In this document: positions 40,322-50,906 of the stretch, piece after piece | How the letters are laid out: the number at the start of each line of letters is the position of its first letter | How positions within the stretch are numbered: position 1 is the stretch's first letter | Assembly: GCA_031260805.1 (NCBI GenBank) | Contig: JAISKV010000004.1 | Coordinates: forward strand, 4,227 to 68,226 | Reading direction: 5' to 3' | DNA: 64,000 nucleotides | Source: Rickettsiales bacterium | GTDB taxonomy: Bacteria > Pseudomonadota > Alphaproteobacteria > Rs-D84 | Made by a program: the position numbers and the translations under genes | The notes under the pieces: generated by a model | Database searches by the model: none | Seen by the model: the letters and a program-made list of their open reading frames with translations, nothing else | What the model was told of the DNA's origin: nothing

Positions 40322-42088
40322 ATGGATAAAAAAGACAAAAAGGAAAAAAAGCGCGGGTTCGGCATATGGATGCTGACCGTCGCGTCAAACGCTGTGCTGG
40401 CGGTCGTGATTGCCGTCGCTTTTTATGTCTTTATCGTGTTTTTGCAAATGCCGTCCCTGGACGCGATTCTGCGCGAAACCCGCGCGCCCAGCATTTCATT
40501 TCTGGACCGCAGCGGCGCGGAAATTCAATCGCGGAATAAAATCATGGAAACGCCTGTGTCAGTTTTGTCTCTGCCGCCGCATGTGTGGCAGTCGGTTGTC
40601 GCGATTGAAGACCGCCGCTTTTTCAATCATGGCCCGATTGATTTCCGCGGACTGTCCCGCGCGGTGTTTTCCAATCTGCGTGCGGGACATGTCGCCGCCG
40701 GGGGCAGCACGATTACCCAGCAGACGGCGAAAAACATTTTCTTGAACCGCAACCGCACCATGTCGCGCAAGGTGCAGGAAGTAATTTTATCGTATTGGCT
40801 GGAAAACAGGTTTGATAAAAATCAAATTCTGGATTTGTATCTGAACCGGGTGAGTCTGGTTGGCGGCCTGCGCGGGATTGACGCCGCATCGCGAACTCTG
40901 TTCGGGCATGGCGCGGACAAGATGACGGTGGCGGAAAGCGCGACCATCGCCGCGATGTTAAAGGCCCCCACGACTTACAATCCGCAGAAAAATCCGGAAC
41001 TGGCCGCCGCGCGCGCGAAACTGGTATTAAAAGAAATGGTGCGGCAGAATTATATCAGCCTGGGCGATGCGCGCGCCGCGGCATCGCAGTTGAACAAATT
41101 TTCCGCCGTTCGCCGCGATATGAACATTTACCGGTATTGGACGGACTTTGTATTGGACGAAGTTCATTCGCAGATTGGCGATGAAATAACAAGCGACATC
41201 ATCGTTCATACGACTCTGGACGGCGAATTGCAATCGCGCATCGCAAATGTCGTCGCGCGCGGCATCGCGGCCGCGCGTGATAAAAATGCGGGCCAGGGCG
41301 CGGCGGTATCGCTGGATCCGAACGGCGCGATTCGCGCCATGGTCGGCGGCGGCGATTATCAGGCCAGCCAGTTCAACCGCGTTCTGGCCCCGCGCCAGCC
41401 GGGCAGCGCGTTCAAGCCGATTGTGTACCTGGTCGCGTTGGAAAACGGCATGACGCCGGACAGCATTGCAAACGATTCCCCGTTCAGCATCGGCGATTAC
41501 AATCCGAAGAATTATAATGAAAAATATTACGGCGACATCACGCTGGGCGCGGCGTTTGCAAAAAGCGTGAATTCGGTCCCGTTAAAACTGACACAGCAAT
41601 TCGGCATAGACAGCGTCTTGAAAATGGCGGGACGGCTGGGCGTCGGCGCGCGCTTGCGGCGCGAATACTCCACAGTGCTGGGGTCCAGCGAAATGAGCCT
41701 GATGGATCTGGCCACCATGTACGGCGTGATTTGGAATAATGGAAATTCAGTACGGCCGTACGGCATAGAAAAAATAACGACGATTGACGGCCGCGTTTTG
41801 TATGCTCATGGCGACGGCGATAAAATAAAATTGCTGGACGATGATGCCGTCGCATACATGCAGGAACTATTGCGCGATGTTGTCGCGGCCGGTGGAACCG
41901 GCGCGCGCAGCGGCGCGGCCGGCGGCAAGACCGGAACCAGCAACGATTACCGCGATGCTTGGTTCATCGGATTTGACGGACAGAAAGTTATTGGAATCTG
42001 GGTCGGCAACGACGACAACAGCCCGATGAAGAACATAACCGGCGGCACCATCCCGGCAGAGATTTTTAATAAAGTTATTAGTTATTAA
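40322..42088 (+). CDS. mrcA: Class A penicillin-binding protein (transglycosylase plus transpeptidase)
   Basis: GT51 motifs EDRRFFNHGPID and TITQQTAKN; transpeptidase SAFKP and KTGTS. Confidence 0.8.
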   Translation: MDKKDKKEKKRGFGIWMLTVASNAVLAVVIAVAFYVFIVFLQMPSLDAILRETRAPSISFLDRSGAEIQSRNKIMETPVSVLSLPPHVWQSVVAIEDRRFFNHGPIDFRGLSRAVFSNLRAGHVAAGGSTITQQTAKNIFLNRNRTMSRKVQEVILSYWLENRFDKNQILDLYLNRVSLVGGLRGIDAASRTLFGHGADKMTVAESATIAAMLKAPTTYNPQKNPELAAARAKLVLKEMVRQNYISLGDARAAASQLNKFSAVRRDMNIYRYWTDFVLDEVHSQIGDEITSDIIVHTTLDGELQSRIANVVARGIAAARDKNAGQGAAVSLDPNGAIRAMVGGGDYQASQFNRVLAPRQPGSAFKPIVYLVALENGMTPDSIANDSPFSIGDYNPKNYNEKYYGDITLGAAFAKSVNSVPLKLTQQFGIDSVLKMAGRLGVGARLRREYSTVLGSSEMSLMDLATMYGVIWNNGNSVRPYGIEKITTIDGRVLYAHGDGDKIKLLDDDAVAYMQELLRDVVAAGGTGARSGAAGGKTGTSNDYRDAWFIGFDGQKVIGIWVGNDDNSPMKNITGGTIPAEIFNKVISY

Positions 42089-42089
42089 T

Positions 42090-42178
42090 TATTAGTTATT
42101 ATACTCTTGTGAGTGTTGCAAAAATTCCGCCACCACAAACAGAAGTATAATAACTAATAATTAATAACTATTGAAAAT
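42090..42178. repeat. Palindromic AT-rich repeat element, family C (ttattaattattagttattatac ... gtataataactaataattaataa)
   Basis: Second copy at 43449-43557 on the other side of the M16 peptidase gene; partial at 38866-38905. Confidence 0.7.
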
Positions 42179-43439
42179 TATCAATCCATGCTTTGCGCAG
42201 GTCCGCGTCAAATTCCGGCCCTTGGGTGATGATTGAAAAATCCCCGTCAAAGTAATTCATACTGAATTTTTTTATGTCGCCTGCCGCAACGCTATCCGCC
42301 ATTTTGACCGCCGCGTCAAAGTCATACAGCACGCCGTGCTTGCGATAAAATCCGATAAGGCGGTCGCGCCGCGATGCCGCGTTTTCCAGAAAGTTGGCAT
42401 CGCCCAATTTCCCATAGTTCTTGTACCGCTGCAACTCGCTTTCCGTAATCCCGTTTGTCAGCGAATCGCGGCATACGCGCGCGATTTGGGCAACGCACTT
42501 TTCCAAATTTTCCGGCGCGGTTTCTGTATCTATGATGCTGACTCCGGCGTTTTCATTGCCCAGCGTGTCCAGCCCGATGCTGTATACCAATCCATGTTTC
42601 TGGCGGACTGTTTCATTCAGGTTGCGGCGCAGCATCATGTCGTATTTCCCGACGCACATGTTCTGATACTGGCCGCTTAAATCGCGCGGCGTTTTGTCTG
42701 TGAATGCAATGGACAATTTCACATTCTTCTGCCCGGGCTTGCGATTATGCCAAGCGCCGTGCGTGATCGGCAGCGCGTCGTTCGGCGCAAACGGCGTTCG
42801 CGGCGCCCATCCGTACAGCCGTTCCAAATCGGCCAGCAGTTTGTCGCAGTCTTCCATCTTGCCGGAAATTCCGATAATGCAATTCGCGGCGGATAAATGC
42901 GATTTGGCATAAGCAATCAACTGATCGCGGCTAAACGAATTTATGTTTTGGACCGTGCCGACAATTTCATGGGCCATCCCGCTGCCCGCAAACAAGCGCT
43001 CGACCGCAAAGTCATACATCTGGGTATCAGGATCATCCAGACGGCGATTCAATTCATCGGTAATAATTTTCTTTTCTGTCTCTATCTTCTTTTCATCAAA
43101 CAGCGAATGTCCTATCATGTCTGCGAATACTGACGCCAATTCCCCGATATTTTCCGACAATATCCGCCCGTAAACGCGCACCCCGCGGCTGGTCGTGCTG
43201 GCATTGCGCGTTCCGCCCAGATTTTCCAGATAATCAGCAATCGCCCTGGCGCTGGGCAAACGCGCCGTTCCGTTGTTCAGTATGTGTTCCAAGAAATGAG
43301 CGATGCCGAATTCATGCAGCGCTTCGTCGCGCGATCCGGTTCCAAAAGAAACAGACATGCATGCCGTCGCGATATCCATCGGATCAATGATAACCGGAAT
43401 ACCGTTGGAAAGTTTGTGAAGTGTCGGAACAAATTGCAC
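42168..43439 (-). CDS. M16 family zinc peptidase
   Basis: Inverted zinc motif HFLEH. Confidence 0.75.
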   Translation of the reverse strand: MQFVPTLHKLSNGIPVIIDPMDIATACMSVSFGTGSRDEALHEFGIAHFLEHILNNGTARLPSARAIADYLENLGGTRNASTTSRGVRVYGRILSENIGELASVFADMIGHSLFDEKKIETEKKIITDELNRRLDDPDTQMYDFAVERLFAGSGMAHEIVGTVQNINSFSRDQLIAYAKSHLSAANCIIGISGKMEDCDKLLADLERLYGWAPRTPFAPNDALPITHGAWHNRKPGQKNVKLSIAFTDKTPRDLSGQYQNMCVGKYDMMLRRNLNETVRQKHGLVYSIGLDTLGNENAGVSIIDTETAPENLEKCVAQIARVCRDSLTNGITESELQRYKNYGKLGDANFLENAASRRDRLIGFYRKHGVLYDFDAAVKMADSVAAGDIKKFSMNYFDGDFSIITQGPEFDADLRKAWIDNFQ

Positions 43440-43560
43440 TGTAATTATCCTTAGTTATTAATTATTAGTTATTAATTATTATACATTGGTGCGTATTATG
43501 AAAATTCTGCCGCCACAAACAGAAGTATAATAACTAACAACTAATAATTAATAACTATTT

Positions 43561-45609
43561 TCAGTCTTCTAAAAATGACCGCAGTTTGCGCGCGCGCGTC
43601 GGGTGTTTTAACTTCTGCAACGCTTTTTGCTCTATCTGCCGTATGCGTTCGCGCGTCACGCCGATGTATTCGCCGACTTCTTCCAAGGTGCTGGTTTTAT
43701 TTGACGACATCCCGAACCGCATGCGGATAACCGATTCTTCCTTGCCGTCCAGTTCCGACAATATCTGCGTGACGATTTTGCGCAAGTTCTTCTGCGTCGC
43801 CGACACAAACGGATTTTTCGCCGTTTCGTCCGCGATTGTTTCTATGCGTGAAGAATCGTCGTCCGTGCCGATCGGCCCTTCCAGCGATACCGGTTTGAGG
43901 TTCACCTTTTTCGCCTTTTGGATTTTTTCCACCGGCAGATAGATTATCTTGGACAATTCTTCGTCTGTCGGCTGGCGCGAGTGCTTGTGCACGAAAAGGC
44001 GCGTCGCCTTTTGTATCTTGTGAATGTTGTCAATCATGTGGACGGGAATGCGGATCGTCCGCGCCTGGTCCGCGATAGACCGGTTGATTCCCTGCTGAAT
44101 CCAATGCGTCGCGTATGTTGAAAACTTGTTCCCCAAACGATAGTCAAATTTGTCAACCGCCTTCATCAATCCCAGATTGCCGTCCTGGATTAAATCTGAC
44201 AGGTCCAGACCCAGCCCGCGATTGCTGTGCTTTTTCGCAAAGTTGATAACCAGGCGCAGATTCGCCTCTATCATTTCGCGCTTGGCCCGCGCGGTTTCAG
44301 CCTGGCCCAGACGCACCAGTTCCACGACGCGCCGGTATTCGGATGTCGGCTGGCCAATCTCGTTCGCGATTTCAATAATGCTGTCCTGGATCTTTTCAAT
44401 GTCCGCGCCATGCTTGGTCGCAAATCTCACCAATGCCGGATTTTTGTGTTTTAATAATTTCTTGACCCAGTTCCGATTTAATTCATTTCCGCTGTATTCT
44501 GCCAGAAAGTCATCGCGCTTGACCCGAATCCCGACTGCCAGGCGCAACAGTTTTCCTTCCAGCCCGACCAGCAGTTGATTGCGTTTGATTAATTGATCCA
44601 GAATTTCTTCCACGCGGTCTTCGTTAAGTTTAAGTTTATTAATCTGGTCAAACAAATCAAACCGCAATTTTTCGTATTTCTTTTCCAGCGCATCGTCCAA
44701 TTTCGCCGTTTTCAGCAAGTTGTCCATGCGCATCTTCTGAAACTTGACCATCTGGTTGAAAATCTTTTTTATCTTGGTAAAAGTTTCCGTGATGACCGGC
44801 ATCAAGGATTCTTCCATAACAGGAATCGGCACGCCGGATGACCCGCGGGCATTTTCTTTGCCGGTGTTTTCTTCTGCGGCTTCTTCCTCTTCCTCGAACT
44901 CTTCTTCCACTTCGTCAAGATCTTCGTCGCCCAGGTCTTCTATGCTGTCCACGCCCTTGGATTTCAAGACATTGGAAATCGCCGCCAGGGACCGCTTCTC
45001 GAAATCATTGGAATACATCAGTTCCAGATTGACGATGTATCGCAGCCGGATTTCGTCGGCCAGCAGTTGTTCGTACCATTCCAGCAAAGTTTTTATGGTC
45101 AGAGGACTCTCGCACAGGCTGTACACCAGCAGGCACGATGCCGTCTCTATCCGTTTGGCAATCGCAACTTCGCCGGCCGCGGTCAGCAGTTGCACCCCGC
45201 CGATTTGTTTCAGGTACGATTGCACGCTGTCCTGGGCCCCCAGAACCAAATTCCCCAATTGCGACCGCTCTAACTGTTTGGCGTAAAAGTCGTAATCGTC
45301 GCTGTTTACATCAACCTGTTCCGGTTCTATATCATCACGGGTGTCTTTTTCAGAATCATCTTCGTCTTCGTATCTGGTGATTTTTTCATCAAAAATAGAG
45401 GTTTCCAGGATTTCAACGCCCAAATCTTTCTGGAAAAAGGATAAAACTTCATCCTGCTCGTTGTCCGGGATTTCATCCAGAGATACCGCGGCGTCAAATT
45501 CCATCTGGGACAGATAGCCCAGGCTTAACGCGCTGTCAGCCAACTTTTTCAAGTTTTTCGGCAAATTGTCTTTCAGAAAAGTTGTTGCGTCATCAATGAT
45601 TTTCGGCAT
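43561..45609 (-). CDS. rpoD: RNA polymerase sigma factor RpoD (sigma-70) with acidic insertion
   Basis: Regions 1.2 to 4 recognisable (for example IRIPVHMIDNIHK and the region 4 HTH); poly-Glu insertion. Confidence 0.9.
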   Translation of the reverse strand: MPKIIDDATTFLKDNLPKNLKKLADSALSLGYLSQMEFDAAVSLDEIPDNEQDEVLSFFQKDLGVEILETSIFDEKITRYEDEDDSEKDTRDDIEPEQVDVNSDDYDFYAKQLERSQLGNLVLGAQDSVQSYLKQIGGVQLLTAAGEVAIAKRIETASCLLVYSLCESPLTIKTLLEWYEQLLADEIRLRYIVNLELMYSNDFEKRSLAAISNVLKSKGVDSIEDLGDEDLDEVEEEFEEEEEAAEENTGKENARGSSGVPIPVMEESLMPVITETFTKIKKIFNQMVKFQKMRMDNLLKTAKLDDALEKKYEKLRFDLFDQINKLKLNEDRVEEILDQLIKRNQLLVGLEGKLLRLAVGIRVKRDDFLAEYSGNELNRNWVKKLLKHKNPALVRFATKHGADIEKIQDSIIEIANEIGQPTSEYRRVVELVRLGQAETARAKREMIEANLRLVINFAKKHSNRGLGLDLSDLIQDGNLGLMKAVDKFDYRLGNKFSTYATHWIQQGINRSIADQARTIRIPVHMIDNIHKIQKATRLFVHKHSRQPTDEELSKIIYLPVEKIQKAKKVNLKPVSLEGPIGTDDDSSRIETIADETAKNPFVSATQKNLRKIVTQILSELDGKEESVIRMRFGMSSNKTSTLEEVGEYIGVTRERIRQIEQKALQKLKHPTRARKLRSFLED

Positions 45610-45797
45610 AAGCGGCTCCGTTATATCCCATCCCCATCGTCATTGCGGGCTTGACCCGCAATCCAGGTCATTATTGTCAATTTTGCCGCCGGCAAAATTG
45701 GGCTTTATTTTACCTGGATTCCGGGTTTCGCGTTGCTCCCCCGGAATAACCAAGCAAGGGGCACTCACCTCTCTAATAGAGGATAACTGCAATTTTA

Positions 45798-46322
45798 TTA
45801 TTTCTTTCTTCCGGCTTTGGCCAATTGATCTTGCAGCGCGGATTCAGATGCCAGCCCCAAAACAATCGGATTCTGCACCACGATAGAACTGTAATTTTTA
45901 TGCGTTTTGTTCCGTATGGACGCGACTGTCGGATTCGTGCTGCGCATCAGGCGCGCAATCTGGCCATCTGACAGGTCCGGATAGTTTTTGACAATCCACA
46001 AAATCCCGCCCAGGCGGTTTTGACGATGCAGTTTCGGCGTATACCCGACGCCTTTTTTGTTCATAGACTTTTGCGCGTCAACGATGACGGTGCGCAAATG
46101 CAGTTCCGCCGTCGGATCTGCTTCGGCCGCTTCAATGTCTTCCTTGGTCAATTGGCCGGAAATTATAGGGTTCAGGCCATTGATTTTGTGCTTTTCTGCA
46201 TCGGCAATGGATTTAACCTCTAACTCGTGCATGCCGCAGAACTTGGCAATCTGGTCAAAGTTCAGGGCAGTGTTTTCAATCAGCCACAAAGCAGTGGATT
46301 TTGGCATATACGGGTAATTCAT
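45798..46322 (-). CDS. DUF1013 family protein
   Basis: N-terminus MPKSTALWLIENTALNFDQIAKFCGMHELEV matches the conserved DUF1013 N-terminus. Confidence 0.6.
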   Translation of the reverse strand: MNYPYMPKSTALWLIENTALNFDQIAKFCGMHELEVKSIADAEKHKINGLNPIISGQLTKEDIEAAEADPTAELHLRTVIVDAQKSMNKKGVGYTPKLHRQNRLGGILWIVKNYPDLSDGQIARLMRSTNPTVASIRNKTHKNYSSIVVQNPIVLGLASESALQDQLAKAGRKK

Positions 46323-46610
46323 AGGGAACCTTTCTTATTAGCGGATAGAATATAATACAAAGTTTTTGATTTTTCAAGACTTTTATGAAAAAAGAAACCC
46401 GCCTTGCGGCGGGTTTCTTCCGAGTATCCAAAAGGAAGGAAGGAAGGAGAAAACGGACACTCTAAACTGTAAAAGGTGCAGCACGGATCAGAGGAGAGAG
46501 AATGTAGGAGGGAGTCTGAATCCGTGCTGCTTGTTGATTGGTTTCCCATCCAACGAATCGTAATATAATACATAAAATCCGTTTGTCAAGTATTTTCTTG
46601 ACAAAATATT
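46323..46610 (-). promoter_or_regulatory. Promoter (TTGACA-N16-TATATT) with overlapping palindromic operator ttgtcaag-N6-cttgacaa, then a leader of about 230 nt holding a 13 bp hairpin and an intrinsic terminator (possible attenuator, riboswitch or sRNA)
   Basis: Read directly on the minus strand; terminator aaacccgccgcaaggcgggtttcttttttc about 60 nt upstream of the ATG. Confidence 0.5.
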
Positions 46611-46987
46611 TTTTATCGTCGTTGTTTTACCACTGCCCCGTCATCCGCCTACGCTTTGCTTCGGCGTGATGCCACCCCTTCCCCGGGCCCCGCGAAAAAC
46701 TTCGTTTTTCGTGGGTGGGTCCCAGCGAAGGGGATTTAATGGCCTGCATCACACAGTATTAAAACGAAGTCGGGATAATTCCCCTTCGCTGGCGAAGGGG
46801 TGGCCGCCGCAGGCGGACGGGGTAGTGGTAATATATTTTGTCATCCCATCCTTAAATCATACTTCATAAATCCTGTAAACCACCCCGCCGCTGCGCGCCA
46901 CCCCTCCAAGGGAGGGGAATTGGCCGCTCTCGCACCTCAAACCTAACACCTTGAACCTCAAAAAAACAGGCGCCTGCGCGCCGTTTT

Positions 46988-47866
46988 TTAATGCCGCTTG
47001 CGCCACCAAATCGTGGCAAATATGCCTACAAATCCCAGTATCATCAAGAATATCCACAATGCGGCATGACTATGCCCGGCAAATGGCAGCGCGACATTCA
47101 TCCCATAATACCCGACAATTATTGTCGGTATCATCAGTATGATATTCCAAATTGTCAGCCGGTTAATATATAAATTCGCGTCAATCTGGGTGGCGCTGTA
47201 AAAAGTATCCTTGACCGCGCGCAGCATTTTGGAATAACTGGTAATAATCTCGCTGGCCTGGCTAAGTTCAATTTTCACATCTTCCAGCAAATCTTCCAAA
47301 TCTTCTGTTGCCTTGAAGGCCCGGATTTTCTCTAATTTTTCCACAACCCCGATATTTCCCTTGATGCCGGACATATACAGCGTGTAAGAGTTCTCTATTT
47401 CCAGCAATTGCATCAGATCGGATTTGCTGATTTTCTTTTGCAGATTGGTTTTGGCGGTGAACACCTTGCGATTCAGTTCTTTCAGCGATTTCAAGTAAGA
47501 TTCTGAAATATAATACAGCGCGTTCAGAATCAGCATTTCGCGGCTGTCTTTTTCGCGCGATTTGATTTTGTCCAGCGCGTCGCACCGCTTGCGGCAGATG
47601 GTTATTACGCGGTTTGGCGCATAGATTATGGATAAAGGTTCTGTATGCCAGGCTGTTTCCGTCTCGCGGTTTACGATTGGAAAGCGAACAATGATGTTTT
47701 TGTAATCGTCTTCGGTTTCCACGCGCGATTGTTCGTCCGGGTCCAGAATGTCTGTAATGGTGTCTTCTTCAATGTCATAGTATCGTTGCAGGCGCGAAAA
47801 GTCATCATGGTCCGGGTGCGCCACATTAATCCAATTGAAAGAATTTAATTTATCGGTGTCAAACAT
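46988..47866 (-). CDS. corA: Magnesium/cobalt transporter CorA
   Basis: YGMNV (GMN) motif and two C-terminal TM helices. Confidence 0.85.
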   Translation of the reverse strand: MFDTDKLNSFNWINVAHPDHDDFSRLQRYYDIEEDTITDILDPDEQSRVETEDDYKNIIVRFPIVNRETETAWHTEPLSIIYAPNRVITICRKRCDALDKIKSREKDSREMLILNALYYISESYLKSLKELNRKVFTAKTNLQKKISKSDLMQLLEIENSYTLYMSGIKGNIGVVEKLEKIRAFKATEDLEDLLEDVKIELSQASEIITSYSKMLRAVKDTFYSATQIDANLYINRLTIWNIILMIPTIIVGYYGMNVALPFAGHSHAALWIFLMILGFVGIFATIWWRKRH

Positions 47867-47997
47867 GCCTGCATTCTACCGCGAAACCCGCATATTTGCA
47901 AATTTAAGTGCAGGTGTAGGTGAAGGTGTAGGGTGAAGGCCATTAACTTTCACATGCACCTACACCTGCACTAAAAAAACGGGCTTGCGCCCGCTTT

Positions 47998-48402
47998 TTA
48001 TTTCTTCCAGAAACCCCAGCCCTTGCGGTCGTCGCCATCGCGTCCACCGCCACGACGGTCGCCGCCGCGATCATCACGACGGTCATATCCGCCGCGCCGT
48101 TCGCCGCGATCACCGCCACCACGACGGTCGCCGCCGAATTCGCTGCGTCTTTCCTGAAACTTTTTCGCGCTTTCTTCGTCGCGTTTCACCATTTCAATTG
48201 TTGTAACGGACAGTTTTCCGTTTCTGACTTCGGTATCAAACTTAACAATATCGTTTTCGTTCAAGAAACGAATATCTGCATTTTTCAGAGCAGTTGCGTG
48301 AACAAATACATCTTCTGTGCTGTTGTTGGCATCCGGTTCATCAGGTGTTATGAAACCGAAACATTTTTTACCATTGTACCATTTTACTTTACCTTGACGC
48401 AT
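47998..48402 (-). CDS. cspA: Cold-shock protein with C-terminal Arg/Gly/Asp-rich tail
   Basis: CSD motifs KWYNGKKCFGFI and VFVHATAL; RGG/RGD repeat tail. Confidence 0.8.
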   Translation of the reverse strand: MRQGKVKWYNGKKCFGFITPDEPDANNSTEDVFVHATALKNADIRFLNENDIVKFDTEVRNGKLSVTTIEMVKRDEESAKKFQERRSEFGGDRRGGGDRGERRGGYDRRDDRGGDRRGGGRDGDDRKGWGFWKK

Positions 48403-48543
48403 AATTGTAATCCTTTACTATGCTTGTTATGACCTGGCTGCGCCAGACCTGAACAGAGTGTAGTCTTTCTTTTTGACAAAAGCAAGATATTTAATTAAGA
48501 TAAAAATCTGCGCAGGTATGGTATATATACACTGGCAGATAAT

Positions 48544-48628
48544 GCGTCCATGGTGGAATTGGTAGACACGCTACCTTGAGGTGGTAGTGGGGCAACCCTT
48601 GGGAGTTCGAGTCTCCCTGGACGCACCA
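48544..48628 (+). tRNA. tRNA-Leu (anticodon GAG)
   Basis: Hand-folded; loop TTGAGGT; long variable arm; CCA encoded. Confidence 0.8.
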
Positions 48629-48636
48629 TTAAAAGA

Positions 48637-50652
48637 ATGAATAAAGAGTTTCTATCTTCCGATTTGCAGTTCATACGGGGTATCGGGCCGGTTCTGGCGG
48701 CGCGGTTTGATGAACTGCTGGGCGGCCGCCGCGTGCTGGATTTCCTGCTGCATGCGCCGTCTTATGTCAAGCCGCGCGGCATGACGGACACCATAATCGG
48801 CGCGCCTGCGGGCGAATCAATAACTGTCCCCGTGCTGGTCAAATCTGTACGGCGTGCGGCGGTTGCGCGATCGGGGCGGCGGCTGCCGACCCAGGTTATC
48901 TGCGCCGACAAACTGGGCGGCGAACTGACTATCCAATTTTTCGGGTCGTCATTTTTGGATTACTGGCTGGAAAAACTGCCGGTGGGCGGGTGGCGGATTG
49001 TCAGCGGAAAACTGGACATGTCCGGATCGCGCGCAGTCATGAATCATCCGGACTTTATTGAAAAACCCGAAGACGCCGGAAAAATCCCGGAATTCCAGGC
49101 AATTTATCCATCCAGCAACGGACTGACCCAGAAAATATTCGCAAACGCGCGCGATCAGATTTTTGCAAAGTTGGAATGCAATACGGACTTTCTGGGCGCG
49201 TTGAAGAAAATTCATTATCCGACCAGCAATGAAGACCTTTCGCCGGAAAACCGCAATATTCAGACGCTGGCGTATGCGGAACTGTTAAGCCATCAGATGG
49301 CGATTTATCTGACGCGTGAAAAGCGGAAAGTCGGCGAAGTCGCAACGCCAATTGCGGGCGATGGGCATCTGCGCGGAAAATATTATGCTTCGCTGCCATT
49401 CAGACTGACCGCCGCGCAGAGTCGCACAATTGAAGAAGCCGAGCGCGACATGGCCTGCGCGACGCCAATGTTCCGCCTGGTCCAGGGCGATGTGGGCAGC
49501 GGTAAAACCGCGGTCGCGGTCGCGGCGATGCTGAACGCGGCAGAGTGCAAATTTCAATCGGCATTGCTGGCGCCGACGGACACGCTGGCCAAGCAGCATT
49601 ATGAAAAGATTAAGCCTGCGTGCGACGGACTGGGGCTGGAATGCGATTTGTTGACGGGCAGGGACAAGGGCAAAATCCGGACAGAAAAATTAATAGCCCT
49701 GCGATCGGGGCGGACAAATATTGTTATTGGAACGCACGCGCTGTTTTCCGAAGATGTGGCGTATAAGAATCTGGGCTTGGTTGTTATTGACGAACAGCAC
49801 CGGTTTGGCGTGGCCCAGCGCGAGGCATTGCGGGCCAAGGGCCATTGCCCGCATGTTCTGGCGCTGTCCGCGACGCCGATACCGCGAACGCTGTCCATGA
49901 CCGCGTTCGGCGACATGGATATTTCAGTTATAAATGAAAAGCCTGCGAATAGAAAGCCAATCATTACGACGGCATTGCCGTTGAACAGATTGAATGCGTT
50001 GGTTGACCGGGTGAAAACGATAGGCAAGACTTTCTGGGTATGCCCGCTGGTGGAACAGTCGGAAACCAGCGACATGATGGCGGCGGTATCGCGCGCCGAC
50101 GCGCTGCGCGAAATCTTTGGCGACAATGCGGTCGGCCTGGTGCACGGCAAGATGCCCAAGGACGAGCGCGATAAAATCATGGAAAAATTTGCGGATGAAA
50201 AATCGCAGATGAAAATACTGGTTTCAACGACGGTTATAGAAGTCGGCATAGATGTCCCGTCCGCGACGGTCATGGTTATTGAAAATGCCGAGCGGTTTGG
50301 TCTGTCGGCGCTGCATCAGTTGCGCGGCCGGGTCGGACGCGGCGCTGCGCAGTCGTTTTGCATCCTGCTGCATGGATACGCGGTTGGTGAAGACGGGCAG
50401 AAGCGGCTGCAAATCCTGACCGAGACGGACGACGGATTTGTTATCGCGGAACAGGATTTGATGATGCGCGGCGCGGGCGAATTGCTGGGCGCGCGGCAGA
50501 GCGGATGGATGAATTACCACTTTGTAGACTTTCGCGCGCACCGCGATTTGTTCAAGTTGGCGCAGGGCAATGTCCGCGATAAAAGGTACGATGCGGCAAT
50601 GATTGCGGACTTGATGTGGTTCTTTGGACAAAACTTGACAATGGGCGCATAA
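48637..50652 (+). CDS. recG: ATP-dependent DNA helicase RecG
   Basis: Helicase motifs GDVGSGKT, DEQHRFG and QLRGRVGRG; start uncertain (9 nt after the tRNA). Confidence 0.85.
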   Translation: MNKEFLSSDLQFIRGIGPVLAARFDELLGGRRVLDFLLHAPSYVKPRGMTDTIIGAPAGESITVPVLVKSVRRAAVARSGRRLPTQVICADKLGGELTIQFFGSSFLDYWLEKLPVGGWRIVSGKLDMSGSRAVMNHPDFIEKPEDAGKIPEFQAIYPSSNGLTQKIFANARDQIFAKLECNTDFLGALKKIHYPTSNEDLSPENRNIQTLAYAELLSHQMAIYLTREKRKVGEVATPIAGDGHLRGKYYASLPFRLTAAQSRTIEEAERDMACATPMFRLVQGDVGSGKTAVAVAAMLNAAECKFQSALLAPTDTLAKQHYEKIKPACDGLGLECDLLTGRDKGKIRTEKLIALRSGRTNIVIGTHALFSEDVAYKNLGLVVIDEQHRFGVAQREALRAKGHCPHVLALSATPIPRTLSMTAFGDMDISVINEKPANRKPIITTALPLNRLNALVDRVKTIGKTFWVCPLVEQSETSDMMAAVSRADALREIFGDNAVGLVHGKMPKDERDKIMEKFADEKSQMKILVSTTVIEVGIDVPSATVMVIENAERFGLSALHQLRGRVGRGAAQSFCILLHGYAVGEDGQKRLQILTETDDGFVIAEQDLMMRGAGELLGARQSGWMNYHFVDFRAHRDLFKLAQGNVRDKRYDAAMIADLMWFFGQNLTMGA

Positions 50653-50906
50653 AGTTCCCCTCCCTTGGAGGGGTGGCCGCAGGGCGGGGTGGTTTACAAA
50701 ATTAAAGTTCAGAGTACAGAGTTCAGTTTTTTACAAATCACGCAGTGAATTTATAATTTCACTCTTTTCACTCTTTTCACTCTTTTCACTTTTTTTACTT
50801 AACTTTGGTAAACCACCCCGGCGGCTATGCCGCCACTCCTCCAAGGGAGGGGAATACGCTTGACAATGGGCGCATAGTTGGTAAACTGCCCGCAAAGGGA
50901 AGCGCG

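Noticed and set aside
46319-46573. 84 aa minus-strand ORF upstream of the DUF1013 gene
   Set aside because: Its start lies upstream of the predicted transcription start, and the span is better explained as a structured leader or sRNA with hairpin and terminator
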